The notes below the pieces were generated by a model. That model was given only the letters and a program-made list of their open reading frames with translations. It did not search any database and was not told the origin of the DNA. 64,000 nucleotides of DNA from an uncultured virus (IMG/VR IMGVR_UViG_3300028888_000117) (taxonomy: Duplodnaviria > Heunggongvirae > Uroviricota > Caudoviricetes), in IMG/VR virus record IMGVR_UViG_3300028888_000117. One strand, written 5' to 3'. Within the stretch, counting starts at the first letter, position 1. Every line of letters starts with the position of its first letter. The translations under genes were made by a program, and so were the position numbers. Below, in pieces: positions 20,455-31,171 of this stretch.

Positions 20455-20828
20455 TTATGAATGATATATATTAAAGTAGTAAATTGTGAAACTAAAATAG
20501 GATTAATTGGATAAAATTTGAATATTATATAAAAATTACTATATTATTTATGTATTCAGTAATACAATAAACTGAATTAATATTGTAATTAAAAAAATAT
20601 ATAATATGACACTGAATGAATATATAAATAATCTTATAAAATTACGAGATGAAAACAATGCTGGTGATTTTATTGTAATGAATAATGAATTAGTTTATGA
20701 TGTAATTTGTGGAGAAATTGATAATGTATCAGGAGATCCTATTCCTATGGAAACTAATCATTATTATATTGATCTAAATAATAAAACATTACAAATAAAT
20801 TTTGTAGATAATAACAAATGCATATAAT

Positions 20829-22724
20829 ATGACAAGAGAAGATAAACTTAATCTGTATTATAAAGCTAAGGAAGCTTATTATAATGGTCAGGAGATTATG
20901 ACTGACTACGAATTTGATGCACTTGAAAAGGAACTTGGACTGGAGAATAAAGCCCAGGTTGGTGCTCGTCATAATCCTTCTTACACTCAGAAACATCCAT
21001 TCGTTATGGGTTCACTTTCAAAGGTACAGATTCATAAGGATAAGGAAGGAAATATTGATTGGAAGAAATATTTTACTGAGGCTGCTAAATATTTTGGTAA
21101 GCACGAGGTTATTATTACTCCTAAATTTGATGGATGTTCATTTGAATGTGAGATTAAAGATGGTAAGTTAATACAGATATCTTCTCGTGGTGATGGAGAA
21201 TATGGAAAGGATCTTACTCTTCATCTTGTACGATTTATTCCTGAATCTTTATATCAAATTCCAGGTCATAATGTTTTTCGTGGAGAAGTTCTTGTAAATA
21301 AGAAAACATATGCTGAAAAGTACGGAGAACAATTTACAAATCCACGTTCATTCGTATCTGGTGTATTAAATAGAGATTATTCTGAAGATGAAGATTTCTA
21401 TTCAATGCGAAATGATCTGTCAATTGTTATCTATGACTGGCGTCAAATTAGCGGGGGAATTGTTAAAGATCGTGAGTGGACTAAACTTAATGTTCTGATG
21501 TCTGAAGCTGATTATCATTTGGGTGTTACTCCACAATTCTTCAAGACTCGTTATATCTTGAATGAAAATGAATTTGCAAATATCTATAATGAGTTTGCTG
21601 AATATCGTCACAATTGCCCATATGCTCTTGATGGTATCGTTATTAAGCCAACTGAAGATTTCCGAATTAATAATACAACTGAGCATCGTCCATCTGACTG
21701 TGTTGCAATTAAGTTCATTCCAATGCTTGAGGAGACAGAGGTTGTAAACATTACGTGGAATCTTGGAAAGACTGGAGAATATACTCCGATTATTTGGGTT
21801 AATCCAGTCAATATGGATGGTCGAGATGTTCAGAAATGCTCAGGTCATAATTTTGGTTATCTTAAATCAAAGGGTGTAACTATTGGTTCAAAGGTTATTA
21901 TGTCGCTTGCTGGTGATATTATTCCTTTCCTTTATAAAGTTACACAGACTAATGATGGAGAAATTCCAATGCCTGAAGGCGAGACTTATGTAGATGATAT
22001 TCACTTGATGGCAGTTCTTACTGAAAAGGAACATGCAAGACTGATGTTTGTAAATTCTGCACAGACTCTCAATATTCCAAATATTGGAGTTGAAACTGCT
22101 CGTAAGATTTTTGATTACATTTCATTTAATGATCCTATGACAGATGAGTTCTTTGGAGAATCTAAGGAAGTAAAACTCCCGCACAATATTTTGGAATGCA
22201 CTAAGGAAGAAATCTATTTCGGTACAGGCTCAGGCAAGGCTGGAGATAAAGCAAAGAAATCATTTGATGAGACTATCAAATCACTTACTCTTACTGATGT
22301 AATTAAGTCATGTAATTTTAAGTTATGTGGAAATAAGGTTGCTGACCAATGTGCTACATATATGCTTACTGGAGATGCAGATTTTGAGCATCTTGCAACA
22401 GAAGGTTATTCTTGGGTAATGAATAAAGAATCTAATGAATATAAAACTGTTCTTAATGTTCTGAATTCAATTGGAAAATCTGTAGAAGATTTTAAAGCAG
22501 TTCATGAGGAGATTAAGAAAGCTACTTCAAATCAGATTCCTATTATTATGACTGGTGAACCTAATGATTACAAATCAAAAGGCGAGTTCCTTGCATGCCA
22601 TCCAGAATATAGAAACACTGGATCTTGGAAAGAAGTACAGATTGTGTTTACTAATTCTCTTGATTCAAATACTGGTAAGATGAAGAAAGCTCGTGAAAAG
22701 GGAATTGAAATTAGATTATATTAA
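20829..22724 (+). CDS. ligA: NAD-dependent DNA ligase
   Basis: YYNG..IMTD.EFD, MGSL.K, KFDG adenylation motif, RGE, DGIVIK, AIKF, BRCT-like C-terminus. Confidence 0.92.
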   Translation: MTREDKLNLYYKAKEAYYNGQEIMTDYEFDALEKELGLENKAQVGARHNPSYTQKHPFVMGSLSKVQIHKDKEGNIDWKKYFTEAAKYFGKHEVIITPKFDGCSFECEIKDGKLIQISSRGDGEYGKDLTLHLVRFIPESLYQIPGHNVFRGEVLVNKKTYAEKYGEQFTNPRSFVSGVLNRDYSEDEDFYSMRNDLSIVIYDWRQISGGIVKDREWTKLNVLMSEADYHLGVTPQFFKTRYILNENEFANIYNEFAEYRHNCPYALDGIVIKPTEDFRINNTTEHRPSDCVAIKFIPMLEETEVVNITWNLGKTGEYTPIIWVNPVNMDGRDVQKCSGHNFGYLKSKGVTIGSKVIMSLAGDIIPFLYKVTQTNDGEIPMPEGETYVDDIHLMAVLTEKEHARLMFVNSAQTLNIPNIGVETARKIFDYISFNDPMTDEFFGESKEVKLPHNILECTKEEIYFGTGSGKAGDKAKKSFDETIKSLTLTDVIKSCNFKLCGNKVADQCATYMLTGDADFEHLATEGYSWVMNKESNEYKTVLNVLNSIGKSVEDFKAVHEEIKKATSNQIPIIMTGEPNDYKSKGEFLACHPEYRNTGSWKEVQIVFTNSLDSNTGKMKKAREKGIEIRLY

Positions 22725-22799
22725 AATATATTAAGAATTTTAAATAATATTGAATTTTTAATATAATATACTATATTTATAATCAAATAAATATAAAAT

Positions 22800-23051
22800 A
22801 TGAAAGCAAAAGTAATTGAAACTGGTGAAATCGTAGATGTCAAATATTGGGGATCACCTTCATATGCAGTATTTGATTGTAATAGTAAAATCAAAGAAAT
22901 ATATGATGAAGATGAACTAGAATTTGAACCAGGTCCTAAAATGGTATCACTCGATGAAATTTGTGAATACTTAATTCCTAGATTAGAAGATACTTTAGGA
23001 TATTATGCAACTGGTGATTTTATAAATGATTTACGAAGAGAATTCGAATGA
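22800..23051 (+). CDS. hypothetical protein
   Basis: 83 aa directly after promoter motif at 22750. Confidence 0.6.
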   Translation: MKAKVIETGEIVDVKYWGSPSYAVFDCNSKIKEIYDEDELEFEPGPKMVSLDEICEYLIPRLEDTLGYYATGDFINDLRREFE

Positions 23052-23173
23052 TATGAAACCAAGTATTCGTACAAGAAAATTTATATCAAGATTAGGTACA
23101 TATATTAATAATCATAATGATAAGTTAGCTGAATTTATATATTATACATTATGTAATATTTATTTTAGATAAT

Positions 23174-23611
23174 ATGAGGCAAGCAATATTCAAAACAAAG
23201 ATGACTAATGAAGAGCTCCATGAATATTGGGAAAACTGGGCTGATGCATTTAGACCAGAAAATACATGGGATCGCGTCTATTTGTTAAATTCAAATATTT
23301 GCATAGAGGTATCTTCAAAAGATAATTATGAAGATAAGGTTATTATGAATGTTTATGGACATAATCATATTGAACTTGGAATATTTGAACCAGATAATGG
23401 ATGCATTTGGGGAGATCATGGAATTTATGCATATTATCCAACATTAACATTTTACAATAACTTGAATAGAGTTGGCATCAATTATAATGTTGGACGACCC
23501 AATAATACACGAATTGAAATGACTGAACAAGGAATGATCATCAACGAAGAGAATTTGCTAAAAGCAATTAGAGATAGTTTTTCATATATTAAAATTTTTG
23601 AAGATAGATAA
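23174..23611 (+). CDS. hypothetical protein
   Basis: 145-aa ORF. Confidence 0.65.
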   Translation: MRQAIFKTKMTNEELHEYWENWADAFRPENTWDRVYLLNSNICIEVSSKDNYEDKVIMNVYGHNHIELGIFEPDNGCIWGDHGIYAYYPTLTFYNNLNRVGINYNVGRPNNTRIEMTEQGMIINEENLLKAIRDSFSYIKIFEDR

Positions 23612-23684
23612 TAATTGAATATAACAAGTTTATAAATTTACTTGTGAATTTGTAATATTATTTAAATTGTAACTATATTATTAT

Positions 23685-24464
23685 ATGAAGTATAAATGGG
23701 ATATAAATGAGTACTCAAATATTTTTGGTGAAAGAAAATATAGAGCACATCAGATTCTAGAGGAATTTTGTAATAAGTATTATAATTGGGAAGTATATAA
23801 TATTCTTCTAGAACATGAGCATAATCTTAAAAGTTTCTTAAATGAATATATAGGAGAGTATGCAAGATTTTATAAGTCTCGTGGAACATTATCTATCTTT
23901 AATGACCAGATTGCAAAATTAGCAGAAGAATATGCTGCACGTTATTTTAATGTAGACGCAGAACCTAATGGGGCTATGCAATATCCTGATTATATTATTA
24001 ATTTAGGTTCATATGAAAATATTTATGTGGATGCTAAATGTGTAGCATATATCCCACGAAAGTCTAATGATACAGATAATCCTGTTATTGATTATAATAA
24101 TGGGTGTGGACAGATTAAGGAAGCTGCTGAAAATATTTGGAAGCATTATAAAGGTGAACATAATCCATTCTATAGATCATTTATACTTTATATGTACTAT
24201 AATGATAACGGTGGAATAGAAGATGTAATATTTATGCCAACTATATATGCAATCAATCTAAGAAAATATGATTGGAATGATTTAAGTACATTTATGTTTG
24301 GTGTAAAAGGAGCAACAAATTCAAATATTACATTATCATTACCATCATTTCTTAAGAAGATGGGTATGATGGACTTAGATGAAAAGGAATTAGCATTAGC
24401 AACTGCTACATATAATTATTTAAAATTACATAACTATTACGATGAAGACAATACAATTAACTGA
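23685..24464 (+). CDS. putative restriction-endonuclease-like PD-(D/E)XK nuclease
   Basis: E..A..YF, then YPDY...YVDAK. Confidence 0.5.
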   Translation: MKYKWDINEYSNIFGERKYRAHQILEEFCNKYYNWEVYNILLEHEHNLKSFLNEYIGEYARFYKSRGTLSIFNDQIAKLAEEYAARYFNVDAEPNGAMQYPDYIINLGSYENIYVDAKCVAYIPRKSNDTDNPVIDYNNGCGQIKEAAENIWKHYKGEHNPFYRSFILYMYYNDNGGIEDVIFMPTIYAINLRKYDWNDLSTFMFGVKGATNSNITLSLPSFLKKMGMMDLDEKELALATATYNYLKLHNYYDEDNTIN

Positions 24465-24569
24465 CGAAATGGTTCAAAGACTACAGAAGTTCTATAATAT
24501 GCCTGAATATTTTGATGATGAAGATGAAGGTACATTAATTCAGGATATATGCAAAGAAATATTTAAAAA

Positions 24570-24929
24570 GTGATTATGAAAAATTTTTGTGATAAAGAAT
24601 GCTGTTTAAATTGCTCGTATTTCTCATTTTGGGATGGTGATTATTGTTGTACAGCAGATATGACAATACATCAGTTTGGATTTGCTGATAATATATTCTT
24701 TAACGTAGATATTGATAATACAATGGAAACTCCAGATACATGTGGAGATTACGATGAAAGATATTCTAAAGAAATATCTGATATGTATATGGATGAATAT
24801 AAAAAATGGAAAGAATGGGATATTCTTTGTAATCAATTAAAAGAACATGTATCAGATAAGTCAGGTTATTATGAAAAAATAACTAAGCCAATATATTTTA
24901 ATGAATTTGATAAGTGGAATAAAAAATGA
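24570..24929 (+). CDS. Cys-rich hypothetical protein
   Basis: CCLNCSYF...YCC...C. Confidence 0.6.
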   Translation: MIMKNFCDKECCLNCSYFSFWDGDYCCTADMTIHQFGFADNIFFNVDIDNTMETPDTCGDYDERYSKEISDMYMDEYKKWKEWDILCNQLKEHVSDKSGYYEKITKPIYFNEFDKWNKK

Positions 24930-25579
24930 AAACTGCATTAAAGAAACGATTATCATTAAATGAACGTATCTATAAAGTATATGTTTATAATTTGAAAGGT
25001 ACATTATCTTATGATGAGCAATATGATATTAATGAATTCTTCAAAAATGAATATGAAGCAAATCACAAGAATTTCGCATATATGGTTGTTCATGTTAATG
25101 ATAAACTTAATCAATTTGAATTTGAATATTATAAGACTTATGATGATCTTTTGAAAGTATATAAGACATTTGATATGTTTACTAAGAAAGATCGTAGTTC
25201 ATTCAAATATTGGTTTGCTCATTGGTGCGGATTTCAGATAACTGCTCTTAATCTTGGAATATGGAAACCTAAATATCTGCTTCATGATATTGAAAAACCT
25301 TGGCTTAAGGTATTATGGAAAGGCGATTATAAAAAAGTTCAGAAGTGGCATCGTACTCACAATAGACATCATCTTGAATATGGACTTAAAAACGGCTGGG
25401 GTAAAATTGATTGGCCTGCATTAATGATTGATTGGGAATGCTGTGGATTATCTAAACAGGAAGCACAACTTGATGCACGTGAAACTCTTGAATATGAAAT
25501 CAATAAAGATAAATGGAAACCTTATGCAGAAGAAATTTCTAAATATTTAACGCCACTATTAAATAAATATAACTTATAA
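24926..25579 (+). CDS. HD-like phosphohydrolase domain protein
   Basis: H...LLHDIEK...HR..NRHH...MIDWE. Confidence 0.6.
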   Translation: MKTALKKRLSLNERIYKVYVYNLKGTLSYDEQYDINEFFKNEYEANHKNFAYMVVHVNDKLNQFEFEYYKTYDDLLKVYKTFDMFTKKDRSSFKYWFAHWCGFQITALNLGIWKPKYLLHDIEKPWLKVLWKGDYKKVQKWHRTHNRHHLEYGLKNGWGKIDWPALMIDWECCGLSKQEAQLDARETLEYEINKDKWKPYAEEISKYLTPLLNKYNL

Positions 25580-25610
25580 ATGTTCTCTAATTAATTAGGG
25601 AACATTTTTT
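25578..25610 (+). terminator. intrinsic terminator
   Basis: AAATGTTCTCTAATT/AATTAGGGAACATTT plus T-run. Confidence 0.7.
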
Positions 25611-25669
25611 ATATTGTTTGAATTTTTTAAATATTATTCTATTTTTATAAATAAATAAAATAGAACATT

Positions 25670-25852
25670 ATGGAGATTATAGGATTAATTGTTTTGATTA
25701 TCATTTGTGTAATCATTTTCGGTTTACTTGGTAAAGTAATTGGTGTTCTTTGGGCCATTTTTGAGTGGCTTCTTGGTGGAATTGGAAACTGTTTAGGATG
25801 CTGTTTTTGGGTTTTCTTAATTATAGCTTTCTTAATTGCATTAGGATTATAA
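25670..25852 (+). CDS. small membrane protein
   Basis: 60 aa, almost entirely hydrophobic; follows promoter motif at 25618. Confidence 0.65.
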   Translation: MEIIGLIVLIIICVIIFGLLGKVIGVLWAIFEWLLGGIGNCLGCCFWVFLIIAFLIALGL

Positions 25853-25915
25853 AAATACAATATATGACTATTAAAGAACTTATTAAGGAATTAGTTAAAT
25901 ATTAAATAAATTAAT

Positions 25916-26203
25916 ATGAAGCATTATAAAATTACAAAGAAAACATTTTATGGTATTAATAATAATGGTGATTTTACTGAACAGGTGAAGTTTAAACCAT
26001 ACAAAAGAGTCTTGTGGTTTTTTTGGTCACAATTGAAAACTGCAGAAATGTATCATGATGCCTCTAAATTTGTTAGTAGTATAGATGTAGCATATAATAG
26101 TATTAAAGAGGCAGAAAACTTTATTCATAAATATCATAAAATCCGTGATAAGGTAAATAATTATACAATTGAAACTGTTGAAAAAATCAATCTTAAAGAT
26201 TAA
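25916..26203 (+). CDS. hypothetical protein
   Basis: 95 aa in operon. Confidence 0.6.
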   Translation: MKHYKITKKTFYGINNNGDFTEQVKFKPYKRVLWFFWSQLKTAEMYHDASKFVSSIDVAYNSIKEAENFIHKYHKIRDKVNNYTIETVEKINLKD

Positions 26204-26218
26204 TAAATTTATAAAATA

Positions 26219-26473
26219 ATGAATGATGTATTTGTAATAGATAAGACTATTTCTAAATTGAATAATTCTGATAGATTCAATATGAATTTTTGTGGTTTTG
26301 ATCTTAAAATTATTGAGCAAGGTCTAACTCTTTTACGGAATGAAAGATTAAAGCATACTCCATGGATTAATCGTAATCCTAATGGTTACCCACCACAATA
26401 CGGTTACGATATTAATGATAAAGGAGTTCGACAAGTTGATAGTGTTTTGGAATATATTAGAAAGCATATATAA
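26219..26473 (+). CDS. hypothetical protein
   Basis: 84 aa; TAATG junction with next gene. Confidence 0.6.
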   Translation: MNDVFVIDKTISKLNNSDRFNMNFCGFDLKIIEQGLTLLRNERLKHTPWINRNPNGYPPQYGYDINDKGVRQVDSVLEYIRKHI

Positions 26474-26787
26474 TGAAACGAAGAATCTTAAATAAAAAAC
26501 TTAAAAAAGATGTATTGATTAATCTTTGGATTAAAAACTTTAATCATACATTTGATTCTTTGCAATCCCATATGTTTAAGATCAATCAAAAAGATTATAA
26601 AGACAAAACATCATTATGGTATTGTCAGTTTAAAATCTTTAATTGGATTATACAATATGAATTCAGACAGGCAATTAAGATTGGATCAAAAAAGTATAAT
26701 GCTAAAGAAAGATATATTTATGATTATTTAATTCCTGGGCATTTCTTAACATATAAGCAATATAAAGATTTATTTAATTTGGATTAA
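26473..26787 (+). CDS. hypothetical protein
   Basis: 104 aa in operon. Confidence 0.6.
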   Translation: MKRRILNKKLKKDVLINLWIKNFNHTFDSLQSHMFKINQKDYKDKTSLWYCQFKIFNWIIQYEFRQAIKIGSKKYNAKERYIYDYLIPGHFLTYKQYKDLFNLD

Positions 26788-26789
26788 AT

Positions 26790-27200
26790 ATGAATAAAAC
26801 AAATTTTGTATTTGGAAGTTTAATTACAATTTGTATTGGTATAATTATATATTTGATAATTGGTTGTATAGTTCAAAATAAGGATGTTTTAGTCAAGGAA
26901 GATACTGAATATCTTTATTATAAAGAATATACATTATATAATAATGATTCTGCCATTTACAAATATCATAAGCCAATTATTTATGATTGTGTAGTTGTAA
27001 ACAAACGCAAAAGTCATAGATTTGTTGGGGTTCCTGGTAAAGGAGGTCATCCCGTAACAAATTATTATACTACATTTAAATATAATGGGAAAAATGTAGA
27101 AGAAAGTGGAAGTGAATATTATAATCATTTTAATGTTGGGGACAATCTTAAAGTAAAAGAAATTTTCTATCCTCATTATAGAACTGAATACATTTATTAA
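26790..27200 (+). CDS. membrane-anchored hypothetical protein
   Basis: N-terminal transmembrane segment, 136 aa. Confidence 0.65.
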   Translation: MNKTNFVFGSLITICIGIIIYLIIGCIVQNKDVLVKEDTEYLYYKEYTLYNNDSAIYKYHKPIIYDCVVVNKRKSHRFVGVPGKGGHPVTNYYTTFKYNGKNVEESGSEYYNHFNVGDNLKVKEIFYPHYRTEYIY

Positions 27201-27266
27201 TTATAAAAATTGAATATTATATAAAAAATACTATATTATATTTGTAAAATCAAACAAATAAATATA

Positions 27267-28601
27267 ATGGAAGAAACATTACACATGAAGGTTGGACCAT
27301 TAATTGGTGAACAGTTACTTGAAATTGCACAGACAAATATTTCAAAGGGAAATGTTGAATATGCAATGTCAATATATCCGCAGGCATTTGGTATGACAAA
27401 TGAACATGCGCTTATGATTCTTAAGAACCAGGCAGTTGTCGTTACTGATGAAGATGGTGAAGGTGTTTCTCTTTGTGATGATGAAAGTCTCCGTATTGAT
27501 AATGCTCATAATATTCTTGATTGGGAGCTTATCATTTGTAATAGAATTAAAGATCTTTTAGAAATCATTACAAATATTCATAAGACAGCCAATGATTTTA
27601 TGAAGCTGTATAATGGTGATATTGAAAATTATTCTATTATTGAAATGATGAAACGTTATTTCAATGATGATGACCTTAAAATTATTGGTAAGCATACTAT
27701 TGCAGCTCGTATTATCGGTTCTCCTGATTGTAAGATTTGTGACCGAGGAAATTCAAATCCTACTTCAGTTTGGGAGCATATTGAGAATAGAATGCAATAT
27801 GGAGAAGGTAAAGATTTATCAAAGTGGGAAAAAATTCTATATTATACTGTACATTATAATAAATTGATTAGAATTCTTCATAAGGACTATATTAAATTTG
27901 AAAAAACATATATGTTCCTTATTGAGAATGGATTTATTAATCATCCTTCTCGTGTCGAGCATATGATTGAAATGGCTGTAGAGATTCTTTGGAAGTTCTC
28001 AGATACATCAAAGGGTTATTATCATCCACTTTGCAACACAGGTCTTTACGATTATAAAGAAAAACTTTCTGATGATCTTATTAAGACTCATTTTGGAAAA
28101 GAATTTGCAAAGAATGGCATTATTGAAAAGGATATCATGGATGGATATGACGCAGGTTGGCTTTCTCCAGATGGTGAATTCTATGGAGCTGATGGTGAGA
28201 CGTCTACAATGATTCATATGAATTTAGCAGAACAGATCTTTAATTCATCAGCAAATAAATATGCTATTAAGATGATGAAAGATGGTGTGTCTTCTTTCGG
28301 TGGTATTGAATCTCCTGATTATTGGCTTGAGAAACATGGCTGGGTAAAGATTCATCATAATGACTGTTATGGATCATTTATTGGAAGAAGAGATGAAGAA
28401 CCAACACCAGATTATCCTTATCCATATATTCCAACAGATATTCAGTTAAAAAAGATATGTAATTATGTAGATAAATATTATGGAGGAAGATTCTATACTG
28501 AAGCAAATGCATTAGGTAGAATTACTCATACTGAGCCTTATACTACATATGCAGTAAGACAGATGGATGATATTAAGTTACATGAAATTTTTGGAAGATA
28601 A
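27267..28601 (+). CDS. hypothetical protein
   Basis: 444 aa after promoter motif at 27210; GWLSPDGEFY...H motif. Confidence 0.75.
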   Translation: MEETLHMKVGPLIGEQLLEIAQTNISKGNVEYAMSIYPQAFGMTNEHALMILKNQAVVVTDEDGEGVSLCDDESLRIDNAHNILDWELIICNRIKDLLEIITNIHKTANDFMKLYNGDIENYSIIEMMKRYFNDDDLKIIGKHTIAARIIGSPDCKICDRGNSNPTSVWEHIENRMQYGEGKDLSKWEKILYYTVHYNKLIRILHKDYIKFEKTYMFLIENGFINHPSRVEHMIEMAVEILWKFSDTSKGYYHPLCNTGLYDYKEKLSDDLIKTHFGKEFAKNGIIEKDIMDGYDAGWLSPDGEFYGADGETSTMIHMNLAEQIFNSSANKYAIKMMKDGVSSFGGIESPDYWLEKHGWVKIHHNDCYGSFIGRRDEEPTPDYPYPYIPTDIQLKKICNYVDKYYGGRFYTEANALGRITHTEPYTTYAVRQMDDIKLHEIFGR

Positions 28602-28606
28602 ACAAT

Positions 28607-28915
28607 ATGAATACAAAAGAAATTTTAGTAGAGATTAATAATCTACAATGTCATGTAAATAATTTAAGAGAATACATTAATAAGGGAGTTTATAACTATC
28701 TTAAAGATGTTATCGGGATTGGAAGCAGTGAAAGTGCTGCTTTAGATTCTCGCGTCGGCAAAGTTGTTGCTGAAGAAATTGGTTGGTATTGGAATAGAGA
28801 AATGGATCTTATTACTATTACTTATTGTGTATTTAGAAATAAGTGGGGAGATTTTAGTGATGAAAAAGAAACTAATGTAGATTTCTCTGTTATTGATAAA
28901 TATATTAATGTATAA
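28607..28915 (+). CDS. hypothetical protein
   Basis: 102 aa in operon. Confidence 0.6.
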   Translation: MNTKEILVEINNLQCHVNNLREYINKGVYNYLKDVIGIGSSESAALDSRVGKVVAEEIGWYWNREMDLITITYCVFRNKWGDFSDEKETNVDFSVIDKYINV

Positions 28916-28926
28916 ATAAACATAAT

Positions 28927-29217
28927 ATGAACGTATTTGAAAAATACATCAATAATGTAAAGGAAAACGAAAATTTAACAGATATTATAAATGATCTGTG
29001 CAATATTTATTTCTTACATTGTAAAGATTCACTTCAACGTATATTTGAAATAGAATTCATTAAATTTCTAAAATGGGAAATAGATATTAGAATGTGTCCG
29101 CCATCTTCAATAACAACGTATTATATTGGCAAAGATGTTAATACTGGTGAAGAAAAAGAATACACAAAAACTTTTGAATGGAAAAATCTTTTAATTAAAC
29201 TTGATGGATATGAATAG
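28927..29217 (+). CDS. hypothetical protein
   Basis: 96 aa in operon. Confidence 0.6.
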   Translation: MNVFEKYINNVKENENLTDIINDLCNIYFLHCKDSLQRIFEIEFIKFLKWEIDIRMCPPSSITTYYIGKDVNTGEEKEYTKTFEWKNLLIKLDGYE

Positions 29218-29566
29218 TATAGATATGTCACATGATATTATGAATGAATATATTGATATCATGAAACGTGGTCATTTACTTAATGATATTATGAATATGG
29301 CTGCATATAGATGGATTAGAGATAATATAGGAATTCTTGACATGGAAAAATTTCATGAGCAAGGTTCTAAAGCATATATTAATAAAGCATATTGTCAGAT
29401 TATACCTGATGATGAGTTATTGGGGTTTGATTGGAAATTTGACAGTTATAAAGATCCTAAATTCATTATCATAACGTATACAACAATTATGAATGAATCT
29501 GGAGAATATAAAACAGATAATGAAGTAACTTTATCATTAAAAGAATTTGAAGATTACATTTATTAA
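29201..29566 (+). CDS. hypothetical protein
   Basis: 121 aa in operon. Confidence 0.6.
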   Translation: MMDMNSIDMSHDIMNEYIDIMKRGHLLNDIMNMAAYRWIRDNIGILDMEKFHEQGSKAYINKAYCQIIPDDELLGFDWKFDSYKDPKFIIITYTTIMNESGEYKTDNEVTLSLKEFEDYIY

Positions 29567-29568
29567 AT

Positions 29569-30060
29569 ATGGGAGATTATGCAGATTTTGTTAATGAAAG
29601 ATTAATTGATGATCATTTTAATGATATAGATAATCCAGACCCAGAAGATACTTTGGTTGATGGACAAACTATTTATACTTCAAATAAAAAAGAATCATCA
29701 TTTCCTCTTGAACAAAATTTTGATTATATTAAGTTTCCAATTGAACAATTTAAAATTGGAGATGAATGGCTAATGCGAAAAGATATTGTGCAAAGGAGCA
29801 CATTGAATCAAACTGTATTTATTAAAAAGATAACAGAAAAAGCTGTATTATTTGAATTTAGTGAAGAATGGATCAATATATATAATTGGCAAATGAAAGG
29901 AAAACAATTTTGGTTGCCAATATCTATTCTTTATAAGCATAAGAAACATATTAAAGTAATATACATTCCGAAATGGGCGTCTATTAAAATAATTAATAAT
30001 AGACCTGATGAAAAAAGAATTAGAGTATATAAAGGGGCTATATTGGAAGATAAAATTTAA
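29569..30060 (+). CDS. hypothetical protein
   Basis: 163 aa; TEKAVLF...FWLPIS motif. Confidence 0.65.
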   Translation: MGDYADFVNERLIDDHFNDIDNPDPEDTLVDGQTIYTSNKKESSFPLEQNFDYIKFPIEQFKIGDEWLMRKDIVQRSTLNQTVFIKKITEKAVLFEFSEEWINIYNWQMKGKQFWLPISILYKHKKHIKVIYIPKWASIKIINNRPDEKRIRVYKGAILEDKI

Positions 30061-30089
30061 ATAATATATAAATTAAATATATAAGTAAA

Positions 30090-30731
30090 ATGAGTACTTG
30101 GACATGGACATTTATTAAACCAGAGCATTTATCTAAAAAACAGATTCAAAGTTTATTAGAAGATGCTATTAAATATACTGGTGGTGTTTATTATAGTAAT
30201 TATAAGAAATATGGGTGGGATTATGAGTTAAAAGACTGGCTTGATATGCATCATGAAGAATATGATTATTTTGTTAATGAATGCGGTGTACCACCAGAAG
30301 AAATGACTGAAGAATATCTTACCAAAGAATTAAAGAAAAAAATTGAAATTTGTGATAAAAAGATTAAATGTTATCAACTAGTTTTAGATAATAAGATGAC
30401 ATTTAAAGAAATGTTAGAAAATACTAAAGAAGGAAATCTTAAGTATAATGCAGGACATAATCATGATTTTTATGTTATTAAACGTAATAATGAAATTTAT
30501 GTAAACATCAAATTTGAATGGTGGAGAAATCAACGAGACTCAGATGGAGAAGAATTTAATACAGTTGATAGCTTAATTGAAGAAGTTAAGAAATCTCATC
30601 TTTTAAGTTATTATGATGAAGATATAAAAGATTGGGTTAAAGAAGATAAGTTGACTCCTAAACTTGAACAAAAGCTTCGTGATTATTATGGAGCAATCGG
30701 TGATGGTAATTTTTATGTTCATTTTGGTTAA
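30090..30731 (+). CDS. hypothetical protein
   Basis: 213 aa. Confidence 0.7.
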   Translation: MSTWTWTFIKPEHLSKKQIQSLLEDAIKYTGGVYYSNYKKYGWDYELKDWLDMHHEEYDYFVNECGVPPEEMTEEYLTKELKKKIEICDKKIKCYQLVLDNKMTFKEMLENTKEGNLKYNAGHNHDFYVIKRNNEIYVNIKFEWWRNQRDSDGEEFNTVDSLIEEVKKSHLLSYYDEDIKDWVKEDKLTPKLEQKLRDYYGAIGDGNFYVHFG

Positions 30732-31049
30732 ATGAGAAAAGGAATTATAAGACATACTCGTGTAATCTGTCTTGAAGAAATAAAAGACTATTATAATAAG
30801 TATTTAGAATATTTTACGAATAAGTATCGAATGAGGGATGTTATGGGTCCTAAGATGCTTATTCGTAATACAACTAATGAAGCTGGAGTATTGCCATCTG
30901 ATAATTACATTTATGAATTTCTTATAAATGAAAGATTATTAGGATTCGTATATTTTAGACGTAATAGTTTTAATAATTGCGAAGTCGTTATGGTTGACTT
31001 AAATATACGAATCCCTAAAAAATATTATAAAAAATCAAAGAAAATATAA
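30732..31049 (+). CDS. hypothetical protein
   Basis: 105 aa abutting previous stop. Confidence 0.6.
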   Translation: MRKGIIRHTRVICLEEIKDYYNKYLEYFTNKYRMRDVMGPKMLIRNTTNEAGVLPSDNYIYEFLINERLLGFVYFRRNSFNNCEVVMVDLNIRIPKKYYKKSKKI

Positions 31050-31171
31050 TATGATTTGAAAATATTTTTGCAAATATTCTATTTTTAAATATTAATAAGT
31101 CTTTTAATTCAAATAAAGATTTTATATTTATATATAAGAATATAATAAAAATATATAGAAGCATATTATAA

